Part shown: one piece after another, positions 10,431 to 17,959 of the stretch
How positions within the stretch are numbered: the first letter of the stretch is position 1
How the letters are laid out: every line of letters starts with the position of its first letter
Position numbers and translations under genes: made by a program
DNA from: Acidobacteriota bacterium
GTDB taxonomy: Bacteria > Acidobacteriota > Vicinamibacteria > Vicinamibacterales > UBA2999
Direction of reading: 5' to 3'
NCBI GenBank assembly: GCA_030650395.1
Contig: JAUSDY010000076.1
Coordinates: 64,090 to 128,089, forward strand
DNA: 64,000 bases
The notes under the pieces: model-generated
What the model was told of the DNA's origin: nothing
Seen by the model: only the letters and a program-made list of their open reading frames with translations
Database searches by the model: none

Positions 10431-11140
10431 ATGAACAAATCAGAGATTCTGGACTCCATTCGGCGCATCGCCGCCGCCAGTAACGGCAAAGCGCCGGGCT
10501 CTCAGCGCGTTGCCACGGAGACCGGTATGCGCAAGTCAGACTGGTACCCGAAGTTGTGGGTTCGATGGAGCGATGCCGTTCGCGAGGCAGGCCTGCGGCC
10601 CAATTCACTGACTGTCGCGCCGTCCGATGAGGACCTGATCAAGAAGCACATCATTCTGATTCGACAGCTCGGGAGATTCCCAATCGAGAGCGACCTCAGA
10701 CTGGAATCGAACTTTCGGGGCATCTCCAGTCTCGGGCGCAAACGCGAACGGGCCACCAAAGTTCTGGAGTACTGTCGCGAACACAGTGGCTTTGATGATG
10801 TTGTTTCCTTCTGCGATGGAGTCATCACAGCCAAGCCATCGCCGCGCGAACAGTCAGCGGCCCCTTCGGTTCGTGGTCTTGGGTACGTCTATCTGATCAA
10901 GCATGGCAATCGTGCAGAGTACAAGATCGTCGAACACTCAATCCTATCCGCCGTGAGGGAGAGATTCGTCTCGAACTACCAGAGCGACTCCAGCCCGTTC
11001 ACTTTGTAAAGACCGACGATCCCTCCGGCGTCGAAGCTTACTGGCATCAGAGATTCGCGGATAGGCGAAAACAAGGAGAGTGGTTCGCGTTGACACTCGA
11101 CGACGTGCGAGCCTTCAAGCGGTGGAAACGAATATTCTAG
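10431..11140 (+). pseudogene. HEARO-repeat / T5orf172 (GIY-YIG-like, MUG113) protein, disrupted by a 1-nt frameshift near 10929
   Basis: Frame 1 (10431-10928) ends ...[16 protein letters not shown]. The +1 frame from 10931 continues [69 protein letters not shown] (stop 11138-11140), which is the canonical T5orf172 C-terminus. Restoring one G (atcgGtcga) gives YKIGRT. Confidence 0.7.
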
Positions 11141-11149
11141 GACACCGTT

Positions 11150-11219
11150 GCCTAACATGGCATGCAGCCGACGGCGCTGACGAAATCGAGTGCGCCGCGG
11201 CTGATGCCTGACGTTATGC
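11150..11219 (+). mobile_element. attC-like recombination site
   Basis: Termini are GCCTAAC (RYYYAAC) and GTTATGC (near GTTRRRY). The internal arms GGCATGCAGCCGACGGCGC / GCGCCGCGGCTGATGCC pair, leaving two unpaired bases on the 5' arm. The site begins 10 nt after the cassette ORF stop. The arms resemble aadA-type attC (..AGCCGACGCCGC..GCGGCGCGGCT..) as I recall it. Confidence 0.6.
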
Positions 11220-11287
11220 GGGCTCGAGAATCCCCGACTATTCTCTTGTTCACGAAGCGATACCATGCGTGGTAACATCTAAACGGC

Positions 11288-11482
11288 GTGGGCAAGTATC
11301 GGCGCGGCGGCTTCATTTTCATCACCTGGAAGGGTGATCATCCGCCGCGTCACGTCCATGTCTACCGGGACGGCAAGCTTGTCGTGAAGTGGGACTTGGA
11401 CAACAAGAAACCGATGAAGGGGTCCGCGACCCGCCAGGTGTTGGCGCTGATCGCCGGTCTCGAGGCGGAGGGGCTTCTGTGA
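11288..11482 (+). CDS. DUF4160-family small protein
   Basis: 64 aa with a GTG start. GFIFITWKGDHPPRHVHVYRDGKLVVKWDL matches the DUF4160 (E/D)H-PPH-HV pattern. An extended -10 (TGgTAACAT) lies about 20 nt upstream. Confidence 0.7.
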   Translation: MGKYRRGGFIFITWKGDHPPRHVHVYRDGKLVVKWDLDNKKPMKGSATRQVLALIAGLEAEGLL

Positions 11483-11946
11483 AGATTCGGTCCGTCACGT
11501 ACAACAGCCGCCGGAAGATGTTCGAGATCCGAACGTCGACGAAGAATCTCGCGTTCCCATTTTTCAAGGCGGAGCCACCACCGAATTCGACGGATCCCGT
11601 CACGAACGCCTTCGTGGATGGAGAGGCGGGCCGCGAGGCGTTTACGTACATCTTGGCCTCCGGACGTACGGGGACGGTGCACCTTGAGGAGGTCCTTGAG
11701 TACAACCAGGATCCGCGCTACCTGAGAGACCTGCTTCTGTACAAGCTCACGATTGAGGCTCAGCGGCGAATCGCAAGGAGCGCGCTGTCGAAGCGCGAGA
11801 TTGTGCGGCGGCTGGGAACGTCGGCCGCGCAGCTGTATCGCCTGCTCGATCAGACCAACTACCGCAAATCTGTCGATCAGCTCTTGGCGCTGCTGCAGGT
11901 GCTGGACTGCGAGATCGATCTCGTCGTCCGGACAAAGACCGCTTGA
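11479..11946 (+). CDS. DUF2442-like N-terminal domain fused to a C-terminal HTH
   Basis: The start forms a GTGA overlap with the DUF4160 gene. The sequence is VKIRSVTYNSRRKMFEIRT... and the C-terminus is SKREIVRRLGTSAAQLYRLLDQTNYRKSVDQLLALLQVLDCEIDLVV (helix-turn-helix-like). The track start at 11389 overlaps the upstream gene. Confidence 0.6.
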   Translation: MKIRSVTYNSRRKMFEIRTSTKNLAFPFFKAEPPPNSTDPVTNAFVDGEAGREAFTYILASGRTGTVHLEEVLEYNQDPRYLRDLLLYKLTIEAQRRIARSALSKREIVRRLGTSAAQLYRLLDQTNYRKSVDQLLALLQVLDCEIDLVVRTKTA

Positions 11947-11970
11947 ATTCGCGGGGGCCTCGGTGACGAC

Positions 11971-12033
11971 ATGCCCAAGGGAACGCTCGCATCGGTCAAA
12001 CGACAGGCCGGGCTGAAGGCACAGAAGTCATGA
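11971..12033 (+). pseudogene. hicA: hicA toxin remnant (C-terminal 20 codons only)
   Basis: MPKGTLASVKRQAGLKAQKS* matches the conserved HicA C-terminus (..LPKGTLxxIxKQAGL). There is an in-frame stop 2 codons upstream. The remnant keeps the ATGA overlap with the hicB start. Confidence 0.5.
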
Positions 12034-12293
12034 GAACGATCCAGTATCTCGTCCGCATCAACCGTGATCCAGGCAGCGATTGGGGCGCTTCTGTCCCGGA
12101 CCTGCCGGGCTGTGTCGCGACCGGCAAGACGATCGACAGTGCCTTGCGTCGGATCGCGCGAGCCATCGAGCTTCACGTCCGTGGCATGCGCGAAGATGGC
12201 CTGCCGGTTCCTCGACCAAGCCATCGCACAGTGACGCCACGTCGTCGGCCGCGCGAGATCGACTTCTACGCCACGGTGGAAGTGGCCGCCTGA
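12030..12293 (+). CDS. hicB: HicB-family antitoxin (UPF0150-like)
   Basis: 87 aa. YLVRINRDPGSDWGASVPDLPGCVATGKTIDSALRRIARAIELHVRGMREDGLPVPRP is the typical HicB N-terminal domain pattern. Confidence 0.75.
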   Translation: MRTIQYLVRINRDPGSDWGASVPDLPGCVATGKTIDSALRRIARAIELHVRGMREDGLPVPRPSHRTVTPRRRPREIDFYATVEVAA

Positions 12294-12338
12294 CAGGCGA
12301 TGGAGCCGACGGCGTTCCAGACCGCGCCAACTCCATGG
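12288..12338 (+). mobile_element. degenerate attC half-site (5' arm conserved, no 3' core)
   Basis: GCCTGACAGGCGATGGAGCCGACGGCG matches the 5' arm of the 11150 site at 22 of 27 positions (counted by hand). It overlaps the hicB TGA. There is a partial 3' arm (..CTCCAT) but no GTTRRRY before 12411. Confidence 0.4.
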
Positions 12339-12410
12339 GGCCCACGACGACTCTGGTGTGGCAAAGTATCGAGACGAATTCCAACGATCGTCACGTAGGC
12401 TAATGACATC

Positions 12411-13343
12411 ATGCGCAAGCTGATCCTATTTGTCGTGCTTTCCAGCGCCCTGGCCCCGGTTTCGTGCAACAGAGCCGCCCCTGCGGCCGACGACAAGCCG
12501 AAGGTGGCGCTGGTGCTCAAGACGCTCAACCACCCGTTTTTCGTCGACATGCGGCGCGGCGCCCAGGAAGCTGCCGACCGGCTGGGCGTCAACCTGCAGG
12601 TGCAGGCCGCCGAGCGCGAGAGCGACGTCGACAAGCAGATGCAGATTGTCGAGAACATGCTGCAGACCGGCATCAAGGTGCTGGCGATCACGCCGAGCGG
12701 ATCGCGCGAGATCGTTTCGGCACTCGTGAAGGCGAAAAATGCCGGCGTTCCAATCGTGATCGTCGACACACGGCTTGACGCGAAAGCCGCGTCAGACGCG
12801 GGTGTCGTCGCGCAGACGTTCATCGGCTCTGACAACTACGAGGGCGGCAAGCTCGCGGGTGAGTACACGGTGACGGCCACCGGGGGCAAGGCGAAGGTTG
12901 GTATTCTGGAAGGCATTCCCGGTCATGAAACCGGCGATTCGCGTTTGCGTGGTTACCGCGACGCGGTCGCCAAGGCGCCGGGCATCACGATCGTCGCGTC
13001 GCAGCCGGCCAACTGGGAGCGCGACCAGGGCTTCAACGTGTTTCAGAACATGCTGCAGGCGCACCCCGACATCGACACCGTGTTTGCCGCCAGCGACCTG
13101 ATGGCGCTCGGCGCGATCGAGGCCATTGCCGCCGCCGGCAAGACCGGCAAGATCCGCGTCGTCGGCTTCGACGCGCTGGACGATGCGAAGAAGGCGATCG
13201 AGGCGGGCACGATGGCCGCGTCGGTGGCGCAGTTTCCGTACGAGATGGGCAAGGCCGCGGTCGAGAGCGCGGTGAAGATCCTGGCCGGCGAAAAGCTCCC
13301 GGCCGACATCATGGTCAGACTGGAGATGGTCACCAAACGATGA
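12411..13343 (+). CDS. periplasmic sugar-binding lipoprotein of the ABC transporter (RbsB/IbpA type)
   Basis: 310 aa with lipobox LAPVSC. The pattern KVALVLKTLNHPFF...GVPIVIVDT...VVGFDA is typical of type I periplasmic binding proteins. Confidence 0.9.
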   Translation: MRKLILFVVLSSALAPVSCNRAAPAADDKPKVALVLKTLNHPFFVDMRRGAQEAADRLGVNLQVQAAERESDVDKQMQIVENMLQTGIKVLAITPSGSREIVSALVKAKNAGVPIVIVDTRLDAKAASDAGVVAQTFIGSDNYEGGKLAGEYTVTATGGKAKVGILEGIPGHETGDSRLRGYRDAVAKAPGITIVASQPANWERDQGFNVFQNMLQAHPDIDTVFAASDLMALGAIEAIAAAGKTGKIRVVGFDALDDAKKAIEAGTMAASVAQFPYEMGKAAVESAVKILAGEKLPADIMVRLEMVTKR

Positions 13344-14359
13344 AGCGATTGAATGTCGGCGTGATTGGCCTCGGCCGCCTCGGGCGCGTCTACGTGCGCG
13401 ACCTGGCGGGCCGAATTCCGGAAACGAAAGTCGTGGCGGTTGCCGACCCGATCGGCAACCTGGCGAAGGAAATCGCGGCGGAGTTCGACGTGCCGCGATC
13501 GTACACCGATCCGCTGGCGATGATCGACGACAACAACGTCGACGCCATCGTGATCGTGACGCCCACGCATATTCATCGCGAGCAGGTGATCGCGGCGGCG
13601 AAGAGCAAGAAGCCGACATTCTGCGAGAAGCCGCCGGCGTTGTCGCTTGCGGAAGTCGCGGAGATGAAGGCCGCGATCGAAAAGTCGGGGATGTTCTTCC
13701 AGATGGGCTTCATGCGCCGCTTCGATCCCGGTTATGCCGCGGCAAAGAAAGAGATCGACGCCGGCCGCATCGGGCAGCCGCTGGTGTTCAAGGCGACCTC
13801 GCGCGACCCGTTCCGCCCCAGCCTCGAATACGCCAACCCCGCCAGCAGCGGCGGCATGCTGATCGACATGGGCATTCACGACTTCGACCTCGCGCGATGG
13901 TTCATGGGCGACGTCCAGAAGATCTCGGCCATTGGCGCGACGATCGCCTATCCCGAGCTGGCCACCGTCGGCGACATCGACAACGCGATCGCCAGCTTGA
14001 CCTTCACGAGCGGCAAACTCGGCGTAGTCGATCTGACCCGCAGCGGCATCTACGGCTATGACATCTCAACCGAGATCCTGGGCCTCGAAGGCACGATCCG
14101 GATCGGGTACCTGCGCGAGACGCCGATCATGGTGATGACCAAGGCCCACGGCGTGTCGCACGACACGGTGCCGTACTTCATTGAGCGCTTCCGCGACGCG
14201 TACACCAATCAACTGCAGAACTTTGCGCAAAACGTCCTGCAGGGGCGCCCGGCTCCGATCACGATCGATGACGGGATGGAGGCGCTGCGCGTGGGCGTGG
14301 CCGCCACGCGCGCCCGCGAGAGCGGTGGGTCGGTGAACGTCGCGGACATCAAATCGTGA
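13340..14359 (+). CDS. iolG: Gfo/Idh/MocA oxidoreductase, probably myo-inositol 2-dehydrogenase
   Basis: The start forms an ATGA overlap with the SBP gene. Motifs VGVIGLGRLG, FCEKP and GFMRRFDPGY match the IolG pattern. It lies in iol context. Confidence 0.7.
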   Translation: MKRLNVGVIGLGRLGRVYVRDLAGRIPETKVVAVADPIGNLAKEIAAEFDVPRSYTDPLAMIDDNNVDAIVIVTPTHIHREQVIAAAKSKKPTFCEKPPALSLAEVAEMKAAIEKSGMFFQMGFMRRFDPGYAAAKKEIDAGRIGQPLVFKATSRDPFRPSLEYANPASSGGMLIDMGIHDFDLARWFMGDVQKISAIGATIAYPELATVGDIDNAIASLTFTSGKLGVVDLTRSGIYGYDISTEILGLEGTIRIGYLRETPIMVMTKAHGVSHDTVPYFIERFRDAYTNQLQNFAQNVLQGRPAPITIDDGMEALRVGVAATRARESGGSVNVADIKS

Positions 14360-14964
14360 AACACGCGCGCCGGACTGCGTGCCTGCTGCCGTTTGTGTTG
14401 ATCGCGGCGTGCGGGCCGCAACCGGCGAAGCCCGCGGCGCCGGCACCAGCCGCCGAGGCGGCGTCAAACGGCATGGCGGTCGTCACCGGCACGGCGCCAA
14501 GCGGCTCGATCGTCGCGTTGATTCCCGCTGCCGGCGAATCACCGTTGCCCGACGGGCCGGCGGTGATGGATCAGTACTCGAAGACCTTCGTCCCGAGCGT
14601 GCTGTACGTCCGGGTCGGCCAGCCGGTGGAGTTCCGCAACAGCGAGGACATGGGCCACAACGTGAATGTGACCCGCCGCGGCACCGGCGCGGAGGTGTTC
14701 GGCGTCGCCACCGAGCCGCAGCAGAAGTACGTCCACACGTTCGACCGCGCCGGCCAGTACGACGTCGCCTGCGACATCCATCCCGGCATGCAGGCGCTGG
14801 TCGTCGCCGCGGCCAGCTCGTTCGTCACTATCGCTGATGAGCAGGGCGCGTTCTCCATCCCGAATGTCCCGGCCGGTGCCTACAAAGTGGCGCTGACGTT
14901 CGAGGGCCGCACGGTTGAGCGGCCCCTCGAGGTCAAAGGCCCACGAACTGACGTGAAAATGTAG
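14356..14964 (+). CDS. lipoprotein with a cupredoxin-like domain plus a CarboxypepD_reg-like domain
   Basis: The start forms a GTGA overlap with iolG, and the lipobox is LIAAC. GHNVNV...YDVACDIHPGM are type-1-copper-like ligands. The C-terminus is FSIPNVPAGAYKVAL. Confidence 0.65.
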   Translation: MKHARRTACLLPFVLIAACGPQPAKPAAPAPAAEAASNGMAVVTGTAPSGSIVALIPAAGESPLPDGPAVMDQYSKTFVPSVLYVRVGQPVEFRNSEDMGHNVNVTRRGTGAEVFGVATEPQQKYVHTFDRAGQYDVACDIHPGMQALVVAAASSFVTIADEQGAFSIPNVPAGAYKVALTFEGRTVERPLEVKGPRTDVKM

Positions 14965-14988
14965 AGGCGGGTCTTTCAGACCCGCCTG
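14961..14988 (+). repeat. GTAG-headed REP-like hairpin
   Basis: The sequence is GTAGAGGCGGGTCtttcaGACCCGCCTG, and its TAG is the stop codon of the upstream CDS. The same element occurs inverted at 39540-39564, and the head recurs at 51734. Confidence 0.55.
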
Positions 14989-15034
14989 CGCCGCAGGTGT
15001 AGATCTTGCAACGACCATCATTCGTGAGGAGCGA

Positions 15035-16015
15035 ATGATGAGGTTGCCGATCATCGTCCGGGTAATCGTCCTGGCGTCGCTCGTCTGGGTCTTCGACGAG
15101 TATTCGCTTCAAGCTCAGCCAAAATCGACCGCAAAGTTTGATATTGCCGAGCTCTGGCAGGACCCGGCGGATCTGCTCCAGCGCGATCTGTACGCCGGCC
15201 CGGGTGGGGCTGAACTGGCTCCGCCACGCGACAAGCCGTTCCAATTCGTGGCGCACAAGACCACCGGCGTCAATCCCGGCTACGACGTCAAAGACCCGAC
15301 CGGCCGCGCGTGGAGCGTCAAGCTGGGCGTGGAAGCACAGTCCGAAGTGACCGCGTCGCGCATCCTGTGGGCGATGGGCTTTCATCAACCGGCCAACTAC
15401 TACCTCGAGCAGTGGACGCTCGAAGGCGTCGATGCCGGCGTCAAGAGCGACGCGAGGTTTCGCACTGACACCGATGCCTACAAGCCGGGCGCCGAGTGGT
15501 CCTGGTCCGACAACCTCTTCGTCAACACCCAGGCGTTCCGCGGCCTGATCGCCACGCAGATGATCCTCAACAGCTGGGACCTGAAGACGGCGAACAACCG
15601 TGTTTATGAAGCAACCGATCCGTCGGCGTCGCCGCGCCGGCTGTTCATGGTGCGCGATGTGGGCTCGTCGCTCGGCCACTCGAAGCAGGGACGTTTCTTC
15701 GCGATGATCGGGACCCCCGGCAGTCAGGGCAGCAAGAACGACCTGGAAGGATTCGAGCGGCAGGGTTTCATCAAGAAGGTAAACGGAAATCGCGTCGCGT
15801 TCGACTATCGCGGTATGTACGGCCAACTGCTAAACAGAGTGACGCCGGCCGACGTCGTGTGGACGTGCGAACTGCTGGCGCGGCTGCCCGACACGCACTG
15901 GCAGGCGGCGTTTCGCGCCGGCGAATACACGCCGGATCAGACCGATCGCTACGTCAGGAAGATCAAGGAAAAGATCGCGCAGGGCCTGGCGTTGAAGACC
16001 GCCGGAACCCGCTGA
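15035..16015 (+). CDS. secreted/anchored protein with protein-kinase-like catalytic motifs
   Basis: 326 aa with the hydrophobic N-terminus MMRLPIIVRVIVLASLVWV. It contains WSVKLG (beta3-Lys-like), EAQSEV, NSWDLKTANN (the D-L-K-x-x-N catalytic-loop pattern) and RDVGSS (DFG-like). Confidence 0.55.
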   Translation: MMRLPIIVRVIVLASLVWVFDEYSLQAQPKSTAKFDIAELWQDPADLLQRDLYAGPGGAELAPPRDKPFQFVAHKTTGVNPGYDVKDPTGRAWSVKLGVEAQSEVTASRILWAMGFHQPANYYLEQWTLEGVDAGVKSDARFRTDTDAYKPGAEWSWSDNLFVNTQAFRGLIATQMILNSWDLKTANNRVYEATDPSASPRRLFMVRDVGSSLGHSKQGRFFAMIGTPGSQGSKNDLEGFERQGFIKKVNGNRVAFDYRGMYGQLLNRVTPADVVWTCELLARLPDTHWQAAFRAGEYTPDQTDRYVRKIKEKIAQGLALKTAGTR

Positions 16016-16016
16016 G

Positions 16017-16808
16017 TCACTTCTTCCACACTGGCGCCGCCAGCTCGATCCGCCACGACGGCCCGCCCGGAAACAGCGGGCCTTCTGACTTGACGAAGGC
16101 GGGCGCTTCGCCGCCGAGAATCCACACATGCGTGTCGGGCGGATCCTTGCCGAGGATGTCGGCCAGCAATCCCTTGATGCCACCGATGTTGACGTGCACA
16201 ACGTAGTGAATGGCCTTGCGCGCCGAGCCCGCGAAGCTGAACGGCTCCTCGCCCGCGGACGTGATCTCGAGCTTCACCAGTAACGGCTTGGGTGTGGCGG
16301 CGATGATCGACACCGCCGAGGGCGTCCCCGGCCGGACGTTCTTGAGCAGCGTCAGCATCAGGCCGTTCGACAGATCGGGAGGAATCTCCATCTGCTCCAC
16401 TTCCGTCTTCACGTCGCCATCTTCTTCGGTATAGCGGACGCTCACCTGCCCTTTCACACAGTCGATCGACATTTCCAACGGCCGCTTGAAGATCTTACCC
16501 TTCTGAATCACGCGGTCCGAGATCAACTTGAAATGACCGCTTTGCGAGAACACCGCGGTTTCGTCGTGAAGCGAGCCGTCGCTGAAGCGGAACACGAGGC
16601 GCACCGTCACGCGCCCGCCCCGCGCGACCTGGATCAAATCGCCGGTGGCGATCGCGGCGCCGTCGAGCGTACGCAGCACGAGAAAGCCGTGGACGACGCC
16701 TTCGGCAAAGCGCACCGGCACCGGGTCGGCTGTCACGCGCGCCGCGCAGATCACGGTGGCCAGCCCGATCAACAACAGCACGCCGACGCGACGCCTCAGA
16801 TATCTCAT
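16017..16808 (-). CDS. hypothetical secreted protein
   Basis: 263 aa with signal peptide MRYLRRRVGVLLLIGLATVICAARV. I recognised no family. Confidence 0.6.
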   Translation of the reverse strand: MRYLRRRVGVLLLIGLATVICAARVTADPVPVRFAEGVVHGFLVLRTLDGAAIATGDLIQVARGGRVTVRLVFRFSDGSLHDETAVFSQSGHFKLISDRVIQKGKIFKRPLEMSIDCVKGQVSVRYTEEDGDVKTEVEQMEIPPDLSNGLMLTLLKNVRPGTPSAVSIIAATPKPLLVKLEITSAGEEPFSFAGSARKAIHYVVHVNIGGIKGLLADILGKDPPDTHVWILGGEAPAFVKSEGPLFPGGPSWRIELAAPVWKK

Positions 16809-16812
16809 GTGC

Positions 16813-17214
16813 TTATGCCTTTGCCGGGGGATTGTGAAGTTTCAATAGCGTGACCAGGTCGCGGTGCGCCAGTACGACCTCGGGCAGTTCCTGCAACGCC
16901 GCGTGGTAGCGCTCGGCATACGCGCTTCCGGCCGCAGGTGAGGCCAGCTCGCGCGCTTGCGTAATCAGCGGCGCGACCGCCGGCACCTCGGGCGGCTTGG
17001 CTGCGAGCGCTTCGTCGATCCGGACAATTAGGCCAGACATCGTTCGCAGCCACGCAAAGTGTTCGTCGTTGAAGATCACCTGGAGCAATTGCATGGGCGC
17101 CATCGTGCCACGGTCGAGCTCGTACTCGGCGCGTTGCCAGTCGATCAGCGTCTTGTGCAGGTGCAGCAGGGCGGTGCGAAGCTCCCCCAAAAGCGAACGG
17201 TCAGCGTCGTTCAC
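16813..17214 (-). CDS. hypothetical helical protein
   Basis: 133-aa ORF immediately upstream of 16017-16808 on the same strand. No recognisable motifs. Confidence 0.5.
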   Translation of the reverse strand: MNDADRSLLGELRTALLHLHKTLIDWQRAEYELDRGTMAPMQLLQVIFNDEHFAWLRTMSGLIVRIDEALAAKPPEVPAVAPLITQARELASPAAGSAYAERYHAALQELPEVVLAHRDLVTLLKLHNPPAKA

Positions 17215-17302
17215 ATCCCGATCCTACGATGAACGGCGGCCGATCGGAAGATCGCTCGCCGGCACGCTACGAGGCCATCCGCGGACAGTTCGTCCGGCTC
17301 GG

Positions 17303-17959
17303 ATGCTCGCCAAGCTTGCGACCGAGCTGCCGCAGGGCGATGCGTTTCTCTATGAACCGAAATGGGATGGGTTTCGGGCGATTGTCTTCCGCGGCGGCGG
17401 CGCGGTCTACATCCAGAGCCGCGACCTGCGCCCGCTCGACCGCTACTTTCCCGAGCTGAGCGCGGCGCTGCTCGCGGCGCTGCCTGACGGCTGTGTGCTC
17501 GACGGCGAGATCGTGATCGGCACCCCGCGCGGCCTCGACTTCGACGCGCTGCAGCTGCGGCTGCACCCGGCCGCATCACGCGTGGCGAAGCTCGCGCAGC
17601 AGACGCCCTCGTCTTTCGTCGCGTTCGATGCCATCGCCGTCGATGGCAACGATCTGCGCGATACGCCCCAGCGCGATCGCCGCATCGCGTTAGAGCGCCT
17701 GCTTGCGCGCATCAAGCCGCCCATCCATCTCACGCCGATGACGCGGGATCAGGCACAAGCCGTCGAGTGGCTGTCGCAGTTCGAGGGCGCGGGACTCGAC
17801 GGCGTGATCGTGAAGCCGGCCGACGGCCTCTACCAGCCCGGCAAGCGCGCGATGATCAAGGTCAAGCACGCCCGCACCGCCGACTGCGTCGTCGCCGGCT
17901 TCCGCTGGCACAAGGCCGGAAAGAACGAGCTGGTGGGGTCACTGCTGCTCGGGTTATAT
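17303..17959 (+). pseudogene. ligD: ATP-dependent DNA ligase (LigD ligase domain), 3'-truncated
   Basis: The sequence is MLAKLATELPQGDAFLYEPKWDGFR (motif I) ...DGEIVI...GLDGVIVKP...MIKVKH...ADCVVAGF..VGSLLLGLY. Homology stops at about 17959, and the ORF then continues as 14 Arg/Pro-rich codons antisense to the Pol gene. About 85-90 aa of the OB domain are missing. Confidence 0.6.

Larger units (their letters stand above)
10411..12338 (+). mobile_element. attC-bounded gene-cassette array without an integrase (CALIN-like)
   Basis: A GTTAGGC core at 10411-10417 lies 14 nt upstream of the first cassette ORF. A complete 70-bp attC-like site is at 11150-11219. An attC 5' half-site at 12288-12338 overlaps the hicB stop. 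The segment is visibly AT-richer and lies between two genes of one ABC operon. Confidence 0.5.
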
